NCBI GenBank assembly: GCA_951406725.2
Contig: OX597820.1
Coordinates: 89,032,001-89,096,000, forward strand
Direction of reading: 5' to 3'
Source of the DNA: Octopus vulgaris
Taxonomy: Eukaryota
Length of the DNA: 64,000 bases
Shown: positions 63,022 to 64,000 of the stretch, in pieces
Layout of the letters: each line of letters opens with the position of its first letter
How positions within the stretch are numbered: position 1 is the first letter of the stretch
Notes under the pieces: model-generated
Database searches by the model: none
The model's input: only the letters and a program-made list of their open reading frames with translations
What the model was told of the DNA's origin: nothing
Position numbers and translations under genes: made by a program

Positions 63022-64000
63022 GGCTGTCTTTTCAATGTGGTGTAGGATGCTGTTTAGGGCCCAGCTCAAGTTTGATTGATCAAACTGCTTTAGTCATGAA
63101 CATCTCATATTTTACTCAGACATTGTGTATCCAGAAGCACATGATACAATCTTTTATCTTTTACTTGTCTCAGTCATTTGACTGCATCCATACTGGGCCA
63201 CCACCTTGAAGAATTTTTAGTTGAATGAATTCCTCCTCTTCACACAATATTGTTTTAAAGCCTGGTACTTATTCTATCAGTCTCTTTTGCAAAAACCACT
63301 AAGTTATGGGAATGTAAACAAACCAACACTGGTTGTCAAGTGGTGGTGGAGGACACACATAGATATATATGTATACGATGGGCTTCTTTCAGTTTCCACC
63401 AACAAAATTCACTCACAAAGCTTTGATTGGCCCAAGGCTGTAATAGAAGACACTCGTTCAAATGCACATAGCGGGACTGAACCCAGAACCATGTGGTTGG
63501 GAAGCAAGCTTCTTACCTCACAGTCACGCCTAGGAACTTTAACTTAGCTATCATCTCACTTTGTGCTGTTGTTTATAGAAAAAAGAGCTAAAAAGCAAAA
63601 AATAAGAAAAAAACAATATAGCCTGACACAATGATATCATACCCGCTAAAAACAAAACAAAAAATACAAACAACACCAAAAAACAAAACAAAACAAAATA
63701 AACCCAAGTCAGAATGCTCAATATAATCATAGGTATCAGTTTCGTAAGGTTACCAAGAAAGAGACTAAAATAGACATCCGGCATTGGTTGAATGCATATT
63801 GCAGAACAGGACATTCTTTGTGCAAGTGGGCAATGCACAAACTGGATTGGTCTATTTCAAAGCAGTATGCATGCTCTGCTGCTTTTTAACATCTGCATTA
63901 ATAACCAGCCAAGAAATAAAAATCGTGACAAACTGATTTGTGTATGGTGACAAATTAGTAGACATATAACAACAGATCTCTACCCATCGCCCTCAAAAAC

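Noticed and set aside
63551-63838. Hydrophobic minus-strand ORF as a candidate upstream SLC5 exon
   Set aside because: No SF.S...LG.P.E or P.FY...TS.YE motif; the hydrophobicity comes from T-rich low-complexity sequence.

Overview
AT-rich, repeat-dense animal genomic DNA. The SINE families and microsatellite load suggest an octopod cephalopod; this is an inference, not a database match. The window holds one well-supported protein-coding gene on the minus strand: 14 GT-AG exons (61478 down to the stop at 13675; 1275 nt, 424 aa plus stop, N-terminal exons not found and probably beyond 64000). They splice into one continuous frame encoding a sodium:solute symporter of the SLC5A8/SLC5A12/SLC5A5/SLC5A6 (SMCT/NIS/SMVT) subfamily. 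The protein is unusually divergent: WTD is replaced by YIE, the CDP..DQ motif and the last extracellular Cys loop are both lost, and GGP is replaced by CCP. Most of the rest is mobile-element debris: four or more tRNA-derived or RTE-tail SINE families, fragments of RTE, Tx1/L1, CR1 and Dong/R4-like LINEs, mariner remnants, a non-autonomous Helitron, piggyBac/hAT/pogo-like MITEs, a 5'-truncated tRNA-Glu and local tandem duplications. The most striking non-coding signal is a set of unrelated long inverted repeats that each carry a minimal hammerhead-ribozyme-like core (Penelope-type), some of them sense to the SLC5 pre-mRNA. Exon coordinates were read base by base; repeat boundaries are approximate.
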